Assembly: GCA_951406725.2 (NCBI GenBank) | Contig: OX597816.1 | Coordinates: 123,070,001 to 123,134,000 of the forward strand | Length of the DNA: 64,000 bases | Source of the DNA: Octopus vulgaris | Lineage: Eukaryota | Direction: 5' to 3' | Shown here: piece after piece, positions 25,337-39,572 of the stretch | Layout of the letters: each line of letters starts with the position of its first letter | Position numbering within the stretch: position 1 is the first letter of the stretch | Position numbers and translations under genes: made by a program | Notes under the pieces: model-generated | The model's database searches: none | What the model saw: the letters and a program-made list of their open reading frames with translations, nothing else | What the model was told of the DNA's origin: nothing

Positions 25337-25842
25337 TCATCATAATCATCATCATTTAATGTCCATTGTCCATGCTGGCATGGGTTGGACGGTTTGACTG
25401 GGCTGGCATGCCAGATAGGGTGCACCAAGATCCAGTCTGATTTGGCATGGTTTTCTATGGCTGGATGCCCTTCCCAATGCCAACTGCTCCAAGTGTGTAA
25501 TGGGTGCTTTTACGTGCCACCAGCATGGGTGCCACTTGCATGACACTGGTATCTGCCATGACTGTGATTTTGCTCAGCTTTATGGGTCTTCTCATGCATG
25601 ACATAATGCCAAAGGCCTTGGCCATTGCTTCCATGAGGTCCAACACTCAAAGGGAACTCAGCCATTTTGCCACTTTGAGGCCCATTCAAAAGGAACTCAG
25701 CCACTTCACCTGTGTGAGATCCAACACTTGAAAGGAACTCGGCCACTCTATTTCCATGAGGCCCCGTAGCTCAGTGACTTTGCCACCATGAGGCTCAACA
25801 CTCAAAAGGAACTCAGCCACCCCGCCTCTGTGAGGCCCAGCT
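25337..25842 (-). mobile_element. SINE family C copy with ~42-bp tandemly repeated 5' region
   Basis: Family C body at 25337-25620; about 5 units of tgaggcccaacactcaaaaggaactcagccactttgcc at 25633-25840. Confidence 0.75.
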
Positions 25843-26130
25843 GTACTCCATTATTTAATTAATACTTGATCACCCTTCTCTCTCTTTTTCTTTCTCCCTA
25901 CCTTACCTCTCTCTCTCCATCTCTGTTTATCTGTGTAAGTATGCATATGTATGAATATATGTATGCATACTGAGTATGTAAATTTTCTAAGTAGAGACTG
26001 GAAAGGTAAACCAAAACTCAATATAAAAAAATGGGCATTATTTAAGATTGTGATGCATGGCAATTTAGTTATAACTTACAATTTCATGGTTTTAAATATC
26101 AGACTGCATATGAAGTGCCTCTGCATCATA

Positions 26131-26177
<47 letters not shown>

Positions 26178-26179
<2 letters not shown>

Positions 26180-26648
26180 CAATAATAATTTCTGAATGAG
26201 ATATAGACAGTGACTGCTCCGTAATATAAGGATATTAGCCAACCGAATATGGCTAGGGACAGGGCAGGTGGTGGGGGTGTCACTGTTATTAGCCCAGGCG
26301 AACATCAACGTCACCAGATAGGTTGGCTAATATCCCTTATATTACGGAGCAGTCACTGTCTATATCTCATTCAGAGAATTATTATTGCTGTCGAACGAAT
26401 TTTCGAAATCAGTAAATATTTACTTGAAAATCCTTATATGTATCTTGCAAAGTTGGTCGTTCATCGAGAAGCGATGTACCACACGTTGATAATAGGCAAC
26501 ACACCTTGAAACCAGGTCCACGGCTTCTTGGTGAGTGATCTCCCTTTGCAGATATTGGCGTCAGGCCTATCTGGTGACGTTGATTGGTTCGCCTGGGGCT
26601 GTGACACCCCACCACCCTGCCTGTCCTAGCCATAAGGATAATATCCCT

Positions 26649-26655
<7 letters not shown>
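26178..26655. mobile_element. Rearranged short element (possible non-autonomous Helitron) with nested inverted repeats
   Basis: IR 26178-26244/26321-26389; second IR 26248-26322/26566-26634; direct repeat taatatcccttatatta at 26328 and 26639. Confidence 0.6.
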
Positions 26656-26691
<36 letters not shown>

Positions 26692-27059
26692 TAAATGTGT
26701 GTATATATGTATGTATGTATGTATCATACACACACATATATATTGGACTGGATTGGGTTGGTCTGTCCACCAAAGGATAAAATGTGGTTCTCTCCAGCTG
26801 GTCTGATGTGGAGCTTTGTGCTCGAGATCATACTGGTTTGATGAGCCTACCCTGCCACACTGGCTTGACATAGCTTGGCAGAAAGGTGCATTTTATGATA
26901 CTCTTACTAGTGCTCTACTGACACTTATTTTATCAATCCCAAAAGTATGAAAGTCAAAGTCGTCCTCAGCAAAATTTACACTCTGAACATAAGGACAGAT
27001 GAAATACCATTAAGCATTTCACTCAGAATGTCAACAATTCTGTCAGCTCACCACCTGTA

Positions 27060-27114
<55 letters not shown>

Positions 27115-27216
27115 GCAAATATATATACACACATATATGTGTTTGTGTGTGTGTGTTATATATATATATATGCAAATATATATATACACACATATATGTG
27201 TTTGTGGGTGTGTGTT

Positions 27217-27252
<36 letters not shown>

Positions 27253-27683
27253 TACGTGTGTGTGTCTGTGTATTTATATAAATATATATATATAAATATG
27301 TAAAGGCATGATCCAAGAATCAAGGTGCCTGAAGTTAGTGAGCTTCCAGCAATCAGTAAAAGATAGCAAAAACAACTTTCAGGAACAATAGTGGCTTATC
27401 AGCACAGAAGGTCATGAATTTTTCCTGTATTGATGTACAATAAGCAGGAAAAAGTTTATTCTGTAATTCACACTTAGCAACTGGGATTGCTGTATATGTG
27501 AATAAACATCCAAAATTTAGGAAATCCCACCCATGCTAGAATGGAATGTGGACGTTAAATGAGGATGATGATGATGATGATGAAGATAAAGTCTAGTCTA
27601 GTGGAATCTCAGAAGGGATGGAGTAGCTAACCTTGATATCTGGCTAATTCTTAATCATGTAAAAGTAGCAAGGAAGTTATTTA

Positions 27684-29190
27684 CTGTAAAAACCCATCTA
27701 ATTTACATACTTTTTCACAAAAACAAAAATAAACTTCAGTGGGTACATAAATTGCATAAGTAGATCATTTCCAGAACTGCTTTGGAAATCTTTTTCTGTT
27801 GAAAAATGATGTATGGGAAGTTGACTCATTTAATGTCAGAATAGGTTTTTACAGAAAAAATATAATGAAGTTGACTTTTATTTATGCTGGACAATACAAT
27901 GCTTACGTTTTCTGTATAAATTTACTAAAACCATTAAATAGCTAACTACTTTTTAAAGTTTGGGTCTGGGTTGTATTTTATATTGCTTGGAGTTTCTGCC
28001 TATCGCAATGGAGCCCAGCAATTTCCTTAAACATATCAGCTTTTCTCCACTTAGGGAGTCTAGCTTTCATTTGCACCAGGAAGCTATTTGCTCACTTTCT
28101 CCACGTTACAACTCAATGAAATTCCTCACTGCCGCTATCAGCTCTTACTGCATCTAACGTCGACATCAACATCATAATTCATCCGTGCACATGTAAACTC
28201 ACTAAGTGAATATGACTTAGCATTCCTATAGAACTCTTCATTTACCTTATATGATATTTAATGTTGCTTCACATTCATGTTGAATTATGCAGCAATCTTA
28301 TATTCTCTTCATAGAACACTTGTAATGTATGTATTACCAGTTCTTTTGGTATAGTAGATTTTTGTTATTCTTGTTTATGTCTCCTCACAGACATGCATAT
28401 TCTAACAAGTCACTTCTTAAATTTCACACCTCTCTTGTTCAATAAACACTGAGTTAAACTTGCAAAGCTTTTTATTTTCTCCTTCTGAGTTTTAATATTT
28501 ATTTTAACGGGTTACCAAACTATCTGTTTGGTCTCCTGGCTAAAACAGTAATGACAAATTTTAAAGTTTGCTTGACATTTTATAAATGTGAAAGGGATTA
28601 ATATTTCAATACTGTGTATCGAAGGTTCAGACAAGAAAAGGCAGAAAATCAGAACTTGAGACAAGACGACACTTTCAACCAATCAGAATTCTGTTTACAT
28701 AATCTGTTTGATCAGTCACCTTTCTCTGTTGGTTGAGTAAAGTGTCATCCAAGCTGATGATTATTGGTAATTAAACTTATTTTGCAACACTTGTACATAT
28801 TTATCAGTTTTATTTTTGTTAATAATTCTTATCAACAACTTTTCCTGTGATCGTGATTTGAGAAGACATACAGAAGTATGCTGAAGATCAAACAAAATCT
28901 CTTGTGGGCAAGCAATGTGAAATAAAGTTTATTACAAACACTTTGTAATTTAATAGCTTTCTGTTTAACAGAAATTATTTTTATTTAATGAAAATTTAAC
29001 AAAATCTAATCATAAGTGAAATTATGCTAAATACAACTAAATTGAAAACCTTTTCCCCCTGGCCATGTAGGCAATTCTAAAAACTTTTGGGTGCAAATTA
29101 TAAATGAGTAGAAGCATTTTTTAACAATTTTTATCTTGAAAATCACCTACGTAAATTACACAGGTGCACAAATTACATGGGTTTTTACGG
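27684..29190. mobile_element. Non-autonomous Tc1/mariner/pogo-type DNA transposon, ~1.5 kb
   Basis: TA-ctgtaaaaacccatctaattt ... aaattacatgggtttttacgg-TA terminal inverted repeats with TA target duplication. Confidence 0.75.
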
Positions 29191-32100
29191 TAGTTTATTT
29201 ACTAGAGAGGAATCTCTACTTGGCGAAGTGATCCCAGTCTTTTCACCAATTATAGTCTGTAAACTCTATTACATGCACTGAGAGTCAGTTTCATCATGGG
29301 AAAGAGGCCATTAATCTTCTAGTAAAATAATTTAGCATCCTAGATGTCTTTAATTTGATTTGGCCACTTTACACTTTGAAGCTAGCTTGTCTGAAAAACA
29401 TATCAATCATTTTTAGAAGAAACTAGTATTTCTCTGTATATCTACAATTTTGTGTTGAAGAATATAAGCATCCTTGTGAATACTTACCATATCTAAACAG
29501 TTCTTAATATAGAGGACTGCAAATTTATATTCTTTGATGCTAGTGTACAACCACTAATTAAACAAACCATGATTGGTTCCTTTGAAACTGTCTTGAAATT
29601 TAGCTTTTGCTGCTTCAGACCAAATATTCGCTGACCTGACAATTTGTTTGATCATTTTAATAATCACCAATGAAGAATGTAGTTCACATGGTAATTTAAA
29701 ATACTATTTGATGTTTACATTCTTCTAAAAAAAATTCTCAGACACCAGAATTAAGGAAAGTTGAGACTTGTATATTTTCTACTTATGTTACATTTATTTC
29801 CCACAGACATTCATCAAAACAATATTGTTAACTTCATTTTTCCTTGGCTTTTATAAGGAACACTTAATGAGTTTTCATATATTTCTTTGTTAGTTTATAT
29901 TTTCCAATGTAGTTTATATCTTTGTACACAAATTAAAATTTTCTCTAAAAACCAATGTATCAGCAACAAAGTTTGACATTAAAACCACCAAGAGAGTTAT
30001 GCCTATCAATTTTGCTAAATATTTTGTAGCGAAAGTGTGCAAAGATATTATATACTTAACGTAAATGAATTTACTTGTTCATCAATATTAATTCTAAGTT
30101 GTAGCTAATGTGGCTTTATTACCCATGAGAATGGATGAAAAAGTATCTCTGAGATCATAAGTACTTGTTAAAAAAGAGACATAACTCTTGAACAGTTCAA
30201 AAAACGAATAGCATTGGCTAAAGAAAACTCATTGAGAGCTTGATGATATGACATCTGAGTAAATAATGAAAGTCTTTTTTTATTAAAATGATTCATGTAT
30301 AGCAAAAATTTGCTAAAGCTATGGCAACAGAGATAAATCATTTTACCAAAGTGATATATCTATATCTGAGATATATTCCTTATTTTCAGAGCAGATTTAA
30401 ATGCGTATAGTATGGAATCCTTTAGATAACAACATTCTTATTATAAAAGATATTGATTATCAAGATTATGCTCAATAGCAGATACTGAATAAAGGTGACA
30501 AAGCCCACTTACTCTTGAAGCAATACAATAGAACAGGCTTGAATATCACAAAACCATGAATGAATAGAAATAGTTTCTGTGATATTCATATATTCATACC
30601 TTTCTCTAAGATATAATTAGCAACGTAAGTGAAAGGAATTGGCTTTCATCAGAAAATGAACCTGTCGTGCTGTGTTGGTTTCCTGGAGACTAACATCTTA
30701 CCCTATGACTCTTGCTACTGTTGTTTTAATTATCAATGAATCCAATCTTGAACTAATTGATACAGTATCATTTCTCTAAAGGTATTAAATAAAGTAAATT
30801 AATGCTTCTTGCTAGAAAGGCAAACACAGTAAAATGGCCAAAGCAGGGTTTTAAATTCTTGACCTTGGGCTCAGTAAACTCTTAACTGATAACCTTAAAG
30901 CCACACTTGACACTCTTTCATAAATGAAATCAGTTTAAAATTTCTAATAAAAATATTTTTGAAATAATCTTAAAATGACATGACATCAAATCTTTGGAAT
31001 TACATTTTGATATACTTTGAGATAGCATCATAGAAATTAGTCCAGTAATAAAACCATACTAAAGGGCTATTACTTTTGTGTTCAATGAGTTTAAAGTAAT
31101 ATTACTTTATCAATAGTTTTCTGCTTTTAGTTCTCTGAAGAGAAATCAATTTGGTCAATGACAGCTGTAGAGATTTCTACTTATTCTATATCATCATTAA
31201 TTCTCCCATCTCACTTTATTTGCAATCCCTTTTTCTTTCTTTCTTTCTTTCTTTCATTTGCTTCATTCTATAAGGAGATTGGTCTTAAGGGCTTTAATAG
31301 GGTTAAAACTCAGATAACAGGTTTAAGTCAATGTGGAATTACCTGTGTATAATGTTAAGGAGTAAAGAATGTTCTTTTAGAAGTAAATTCATCATCACCA
31401 TCATTATTGATTTTTAACATCCACTTTTCCAAGCTTGCAAGGGTCAGATAGAATTTGCTGAGGTAGATTTTCCACAGCCAGATGCCTTTACTATCACTAA
31501 CCCTAATCTGTCATCAAGCAAAGTAACATTTCCTCATAGTGAGATAGGTTTTTCATGGAAGACCGGAAATGGACAACATCAATTATATGACAAGCTTGTT
31601 TATAAATTTCACATAATATCAAGACAAGGGTACACGCATGCACACACATACACACACGCACACAAACACACACATTAAATGAAAGTGTGTGGCTTTGTGG
31701 TTAAGGTGTTTCTTACATGATTGCAAAACTTGTTTTGATGCCTGAATCAAGCAATGCTTGAAATATGACACAGGTGCTCCAGGCTTATCCCTTCTTTGTC
31801 AGGTAGTCAGTTTTTACTGTCAGTAATATAGGACCCAAGGTGCTTAAAGTCACTAATCTCTTTGAGCTGTGTGCCATTGCTGGGACAAATTGGCAGTTGC
31901 CAAATAGTTACATACATAATAAAGAGAACTAATTTATGTCTGCCCCAAATGCATTAACATGTCATTTGCATGATGTTTTGTAATTCTAATTATTAATTAA
32001 ACAGTCATTACCCACATAGATTTTGCAGTGCAGAAAGTTGAAATTTTAGTATTTATGCTTTTCCCAAGAACATTAGCTTAGTGTAATTGATACAATCAGA

Positions 32101-32692
32101 AATTTAATCTGTGCTCAGGACTTGCAGTTTCCTACCTATAACTGCGTGCCACAGAGTTAGAGTACATATTAATTGTCCTTTTTTCCTTCCATTTACATAT
32201 GTTTTACTATATATTAGAATGAGAGATATAGGCTCATGAAAAAATTTGCAGAGTATCCATGCAAATGTTTTTAATTATTTGATACTTCATATATTAATGC
32301 TATGCAATAACAACAGAACCTGGTGTAAGCACATTATATGCTTTCACTATAGCTAAAACATAATAATTGTTTCACTGAATTAAAGCATTCCATTTCAACT
32401 TATAATGGTTTGAGAGAACCAACTGAATCAAGCTCCAATGTCTGCTTTGGAATGGTTTCTACTGCTGAGTGCAGTGGGTGCTTTTTGTATGGAACATATG
32501 ATACATATATGTATATATCTATATAGACACACATACACACACACACATGCACACCTGCACATATACACACAAGCACATATATAATGCATATATATATATG
32601 TATATATATATACATACCGGAGTAAACACATAAATGTGAAACAAGGTGGAAAAAAGAGTACTCAGATACCAGAGGTAGAGTAATATGTTTCA

Positions 32693-32723
<31 letters not shown>

Positions 32724-32813
32724 TGAGGGAATATTAATCCAAACTTACAGGGAAAAATTCAGTTTAGAAATGCTAAATCAAATTTCACAAAATATAATAT
32801 ATATATATATAAA

Positions 32814-33110
32814 TTAGAAAAAAACACCCTTTATCAATTGAATAATGAAAAATTAAATTATACCATTTAGAAAATTACATATAGAAAGATTAAATATAAG
32901 ATAAAACATATAACAATGATATATTAAAATGTATATATTTGGTATATATTTTATATACCAAATATATACGTATTATTTATTATTTTGCATATTAATTAAT
33001 CATTGTTATATGTTTTATCATATATTTAATCTTTCTATAATATGTAATTTTTCTAAATGATAGAATTTAATTTTTCATTATTGAATTGATAAAGGGTGTT
33101 TTTTTTCTAA
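32814..33110. repeat. AT-rich ~300-bp imperfect palindrome with central perfect hairpin
   Basis: Arms 32814-32920 and 32999-33110; 18-bp perfect stem 32931-32948/32952-32969 with a ttt loop. Confidence 0.9.
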
Positions 33111-33319
33111 TATTATATATATATATATATATATAGCAGGAACAGCAGTAAGTTAATAAAGCTGATTACATAACTCCCATTGTTTTGTCATTCATTTACT
33201 TTCATATTACAAGTAAACTCTGTACTCAACTAATGCTTTGGGCTGAAGCATATGCATACTGAGTTATGCCACCAGGTTATTAGTATCCTATGTATGTGAA
33301 AGCAAAATCTTAAAGTATC

Positions 33320-33467
33320 AATGTATGTATGTATGCATGCATGTATGTATGCATGCATGCATGTATGTATGCATGTATGTATGTATGTATGTATGTATGT
33401 ATGTATGTATGTATGTATGTATGTATGTATGTATGTATGTATGTATGTATGTATGTATGTATGTATG

Positions 33468-33498
<31 letters not shown>

Positions 33499-33541
33499 TG
33501 AATGAATGAATGAATGAATGAATGAATGAATGAATGAATGT
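33320..33541. repeat. Compound (ATGT)n/(ATGC)/(ATGA)n tetranucleotide microsatellite
   Basis: Direct inspection. Confidence 0.97.
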
Positions 33542-33954
33542 ACTTCAATTTCTCAAGTAAAAAACAGAAATAAATTTCAGTCTTTCAGTCTGGTCAAAAG
33601 CAGTTTTATTTATACAAATCTAGAAATACAGATTACTCTTATCTCGAAAATGTATTTAAGAATGTGAATGATAACAGAAACTTGCTTTCTACAAGATTAA
33701 TTAACATGTTGGTAAAATATCAAAAGTAACTCTTGTTTATTGAAATAAAATTAAAATTATATATCTTAAAGATATTAACTAATTAATAGTTCTATTTTTT
33801 ACAAGATGAATAAAATTTATTTTCCTGTCTTGCACTCATTTGGCTTGTGATTTGATTTGAGATTATGTGTTGCCATTGGTGATAGTCACTGAAACTATTA
33901 AAAAGCCATGCACTATGGCATGACTTTAATTTAATTATTTTGTAATAATGATAA

Positions 33955-34175
33955 TCATCATTATCATCATCATCGTTTAACGTCCGTTTTCTGCGCTAGC
34001 ATGGGTTGACAGTTTGACCAGGGTCTGGGAAGCCAGGAGGCTGCACCAGGCTCCAGTCTGATCTGGCATTGTTTCTACAGCTGGATGCCCTTCCTGATGC
34101 CAAACACTCTATGAGTGAAGTGGGTGCTTTTTACATGCCATTGGCACTGGAGCCAGAGGAGGCTGGCAGCAGCCA
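33955..34175 (-). mobile_element. SINE family C
   Basis: catcatcatcgtttaacgtccg...ctggatgcccttcctgatgccaa. Confidence 0.8.
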
Positions 34176-35289
34176 CGTGTATTTTAAGAAAAAGGGAGGA
34201 TGGTGGATGAATAAAGTCTTTAGATCATTGGTAAAATGCCTCGCACTAGCTCTTTATATTCCAATTTCTATACCCACTGATGTCAGTTTTGTGTTTTATC
34301 ATTCTGTATTGACAAACCCTTTCTCCTCGTGGTTGCTGTCCTTGTATTTATATTAGAATTGATTATAAGTATAAGTGGTGAATTGATTAAGTTATTAAAG
34401 AGTTGGATAAAATGCATTGTGGCATCTGTTCCACTTTTCTGGATGCTGAGTTCACATCTGGTCATCGTCAGCTTTGTTTTACACCCATTTAAAATTGATA
34501 AAATATCGCTCTAGGGTGGTAGAGTGGTGAAGTTGTTAAAGTATCAGATGAAGTACTTTGTGGTATGTGTTGTGGCTCTTTGCAAACTGAGTTCAAACTC
34601 CACCTATTATCACCAGTGTCTTTGAAGTAAGAGACAGGTCCTTTGAGTTATTGGTAATTGGCTTCAGTATCAGACAAGGGGATCTATGAATGGAGCAATA
34701 TTGCTGAATAAAAGCAAGTGAACTTCACACAAAATACTATAAATATGAGAACAAAAAGAACTATTTTGTTGGTATAATGTCTTTTATTGTACTCTTATTT
34801 TTTATTTGGTTACTGATATTCCATTCCACTATATATTTTTTTTTCTTGCAAAAATAAACTTTTATATATTTCTGAAAGATAATTGCTTTTTAGTACCTGC
34901 TATCACAATTCTTTGTGTTGCAAGATTCTTATTTATTCATACGTTTTATATGTACTTTTATTCTTCTTTTACCTATGGCACTGTCTGAAGAGTTTTTATT
35001 CAATTATATTGCCCCAATTATATTGTCTGTTACTTAATTCATCATTTCTGTAAGCTATGAAATACAAAACAAACAATCATAGAGGGGAAAATAACTAGAT
35101 CAGGTATGAATATGACAAGATATATATCTCACTGCATCATTTCTTATGTTTTCTTCTTGGAAATTACTGACTATTTGACTTTGGAGAGTCATTCCCAAGA
35201 CAAAAACAGATGGTTAATATACAGAAGAAATCTGTATGAATGAATTTTATTTTGTGGGTGCTGTTACTGTTAGCTTCTCTGGTGCATCT

Positions 35290-36100
35290 ACTACATATAA
35301 AATCTTCCTTCTCAGAAAACCTTCCCTGTCAACCTACGTTTGTGCATCCAGATTATACATTGAAGATACTGCTTGGAATTCCTCTTGACTCTTTTTCTGC
35401 ATATCAAGCTTGGCTACTTCCAAATTACAGAAGAAATCAGTAACTTCAAAGGCCGTATAACAATACTAAACAAGAAGCTTCTCTCTTGGATTGGATTATA
35501 GACATCAAAGGCTAAAGGATGAGCCCTAGCAGTAATGGGTTGCTGTAGGGATGTGTCCTTGATATACTATCAGCAAACTGATAAATGAATTAACACCAGG
35601 TTCCTCTTTCTCAGTTTCTGAATAAACAATGACTCCTTTAAGAATGACAAGGTGTTCCCTTTAAGAAAGATAAGATGTTCCTAAATCTCTGGATAAAAAA
35701 TATGGAGTTACATTTTCTTATCATATAAATTCTCCTTTATTATCTAACACATTCAACAATAGATCACTACAGCCAAGAAAGAAGAGCTTGCATACAATGT
35801 ATACATGTATAGCATTGTCATAATTTGCCTATAGAAATATACATGATGAGCTGCTTATGCAGGAGACATTTGGGAGATGTATTCTTATAGCATTATCAAC
35901 AAAGAAAAATGAAACAAATGCTGCCATTTTCTCCAAAGGCCCTTAACATCTGAATCAGTTTTGAGAAAAGTACTGAGCATATCGCTGAGTGGTATGGAAA
36001 ACTTAGCAACTTTTGTTCTCTCTTACTGAAGCCCTTGCAAAGAACTCACAGAAGTAAATATTGAACATTTTCTATCTGGAACTATCTAACATAATCAGGT
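35290..36100 (+). mobile_element. Ancient, heavily decayed CR1-clade LINE (RT to 3' ORF end)
   Basis: KKLLSWIGL.TSKAKG.ALAVMGCCRDVSLI resembles the KLLxWI..FL..RxQxVxVNG RT segment. The 36005-36085 segment resembles QLFNILxKxLxxL..V..F..FLSG of the CR1 at 62283-62477. Confidence 0.45.
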
Positions 36101-36921
36101 CAGGAACATTAATCCTGGTCCACTATGAATATTAAAAGAAACATCATTTCAATTATGATCACACTTAATGAAGAATATAATGAAACAATAGAAGCACACA
36201 CCAAGATGCAAATTGAAGAAATCGATGGCCACCACATGAGAAAAAAGTATACTTCTACTTGAGTACCTCTAAAGGAACTTATCAGTATGGAAGCTTCTCA
36301 GTAATGATAAAACTATACATAAACACAAACTGTATTCACACATAATAATGTTCTATATATTTCACACACTTACAGATTTTACTTTATTTGATATACAACT
36401 ATTTGTTTCAATTCTATTTATTTATTTTGTATACATATTACTTTAGATTGTCAACTGGTGCTCATTCTCTGTGCACTTAAATTCTTATATTTATATTTTC
36501 TATATTATCTCACTTTGTCTCAGTCTCTCACTTATTTGCTTCCCTCTCTCTCACTCTTCACACTCACTCTTGCTTCCGTTCTCTCTTTCTCTTCCCCTCT
36601 CTTTCCATCTCTCTTCCTACTATTATATTCACAAACTCAGGCACATACACATACCATTAAGTTTTAATATCTTTTTAAGCTGTTTCAGGATTTTCTTTCC
36701 TGAAAATTACAACTTAAATATAGTTTATCTTGACAAATTTGAGAAGCCAAAAAAATTACAAAAGAATATTTCATAAAAGATCTTTCACACACACACACAC
36801 ATGTATGTGTGTGTGTATATCTATATTTCACTTGTACATATACACATACATACACATCCTTTCCCTTTCATACTTGCATATATTGATGTATATGCATCTA
36901 TCTGTGTCTATGTGTGTTTAC

Positions 36922-36960
<39 letters not shown>

Positions 36961-37807
36961 GAGTGAGAAAGAGTGCTGATAGAATATATATATATAAAGT
37001 TTTTTGAAGGGTGGTCAGATATCTTGAAGAAACATTATTGATTACTGAGAAAGTTAAAGAAAAAAACTGAAAAATATAAGCAAAAAGAATGGTTTATAAG
37101 TAAATTGATTGTTATGCTTACCAATATACATCAATAGATATTGCTTAGACCCAAATATAGAAATTTTATATACATTTCTTTAATATCAGCTGAATTTTCT
37201 GATATATAACATTGATTTTCAATATATGTGATATTATGTATTTCCATTAAAAATACTAAAGCAATTCGATTCTGTGTGGTGTGATTAGAAGGAATACTAA
37301 CTCCTTAGCTTGGGAGAAGAAGAGCTCAGATTTTAAAAGCTAAAGTCTCTGGTGGGGTTTCTGCTCCAAAGTTGATGAGAAATAGTCTGATGTTGATTTG
37401 TAGGAATAAAGTTTGCTGTTTTAAAATGAATTCCTTAATTCTCTTTATAACAAAAGTATTTTTTTTATTCTTCTTCATATAAATATCATGTAAAATATAA
37501 AAGAATAAGAGCTAGTAGTATTATGACTGTATGTCAGTGCAAGCTGTTGTGGAATAGATTTTTTGGAATAGCAATTCAATAAGACATGTCAGATTTAGTG
37601 GACAATCTATGCTGTTGGGCAAAAATTCTTACAATTGCTATTTATTTTCCCCCTTTAGCTTCTGTCTTCAATGTTTCTATGACTGGATTATGGGCCCTTC
37701 TCTTTTTGGAATGGTAAGATGAGATCTAATAGATATTTAACTGCTATTCCCAGTAACTGCATAGAGGTTGCTGCTTGTCAGCCATCTTCTATCTTGTATC
37801 TTTTATC

Positions 37808-38172
37808 GTTTACTTGTTTCAGTCATTAGACTGTGGCCATCCTGGGGCACCACCTTGAAGAGTTTTTAGTTGAATAAAGCACCCTCAGTACTGTTTTTCT
37901 TTTAAATATATATTTAAGCCTCGTACTTATTCTGTCGATCTTTTTTGCCAACCCACCAAGTTACAGGGACATAAACAAACCAACACCTGTTGTCAAGCAG
38001 TGGTGGGTGACAAACACAGACACAACACACACACACACATGACAAGGGTTCTTTCAGTTTCTGATTACCAAACCCACTCACAAGGCTATGGTTGGCCTGA
38101 GGCCATAGTAGAAGTCACTTGCTCCAAGGTACCATGCAGTGGGACTGAACCCAGAACCATGTGGTCGGCAAG
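37808..38172 (-). mobile_element. SINE family A
   Basis: tttacttgtttcagtcattagactgtggccatcctggggcaccacc...catgcagtgggactgaacccagaaccatgtgg. Confidence 0.8.
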
Positions 38173-39572
38173 CATATCCATTCCTGTTAAGATTCCAAAT
38201 GCTACTTAGAATAATATTTTGCTCTCGGGAACAAGTAACAAGCAGTTCTGAGATTGGTAGTTACTTGCAAATAAGAGAATACCTTCTGTAGAGAACTATT
38301 TCTCTTTCATCTGTTTAATACTATGGAAACATGCATTAAGCCATAATCTATGGCCATAAAGCTTCTGAAATGTATTAATACATACTTCTGCATATAGATT
38401 GTCTGTGTTTACAGACAGAGTATATTATTACAGGAAGCTGTAAGGATTACAGAATTGCAGCGTTTAGGATTGTACTTTTTTTTAATATACATTTTATGCA
38501 GTTAAGTTACTGATATTTAACCCTAGATCTGCTCAGCCAATCTATGATCAAAAGACATTCCATCTGTGAACATGCTTTTTTTTATGGATAATGTATCTAA
38601 AATCATGATATCTACCTTTTTAAAATGGTAAAGTGTGGTCTGAGGGAAACTTTGCTATTTTTGGTTTGCCTTCAATTAGAATGATATAGATATGTTGATT
38701 ACCATTTTATATCCATATTTCCATGATCAGATTCCTCTCATCCTGGCATTAAACCTTTTAATGACCTCATAGGACAAGCAAGATCAGGGAGTGCCTATTG
38801 TAAAACCAGAATATATACAGCTTGGAAAGACAGCAATGGAAGATGTAGATTATTGGGTCAGAATAGATCAGAACTCGTCTGCTTAGAAATTTGGGATTTG
38901 TACTCTTTTAGTATAATGATGTGTATGGCTTTGACATTTTGCTCTCAATAGTCAAGTTAACTGAGAAGTAAATAGGTTTCATAAGTGTTACCTGTTGCTT
39001 CTGTAAGATGTGACAACATTGTAAAATTGATGAATCCTTAAATTTCATTGACTTGAGTTTCTTAGCTGGTGAAATCTGCGAATTACAAATAAATAGCTTG
39101 ATGCAAATTGCCAGACATAAATAAACTTGATACATATTGCTTGATATAAAAACTTGCCTAATGTGAATTCAGATTTCAATAATAATTAATTCTTTAAATT
39201 GATGAGTAAGCAACAGTTTCTTTCAGAGAGAATGTCTACTGATACAAACTGCCTGACGTAAATATCACATGATACAAACTAGTATCTCAGCCATAGGGAA
39301 ATCTGTCAGCTTATCTGTTTCTGGCCCAGTTTACCACACAGGTCTGTGATAGAAAATATTATATAGAGATACTGTTATTTTTGCTTGATACCAAATCAGC
39401 TCTGAGTTGGAAGACTTATAATTGAGCATATTCTGGCTATGGCTATCACATTTATTTTCTATTTTTCTTTTATGAGCATAGTGTACACTAGGTTAAATTA
39501 TCCATTAAGATTTAGGTTATGACTTGAGGGAATTTGGCTGCTATGTCTAGTAAATTGAATAATCTTGTAGAC

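Noticed and set aside
25633-25842. CRISPR-like periodicity
   Set aside because: Units are contiguous tandem copies without unique spacers, there are no cas genes, and the context is eukaryotic.
35240-35443. ORF with signal-peptide-like start MNFILWVLLLLASLVHL
   Set aside because: Lies in or next to a decayed CR1-like region with stops in all frames; no supporting exon structure.
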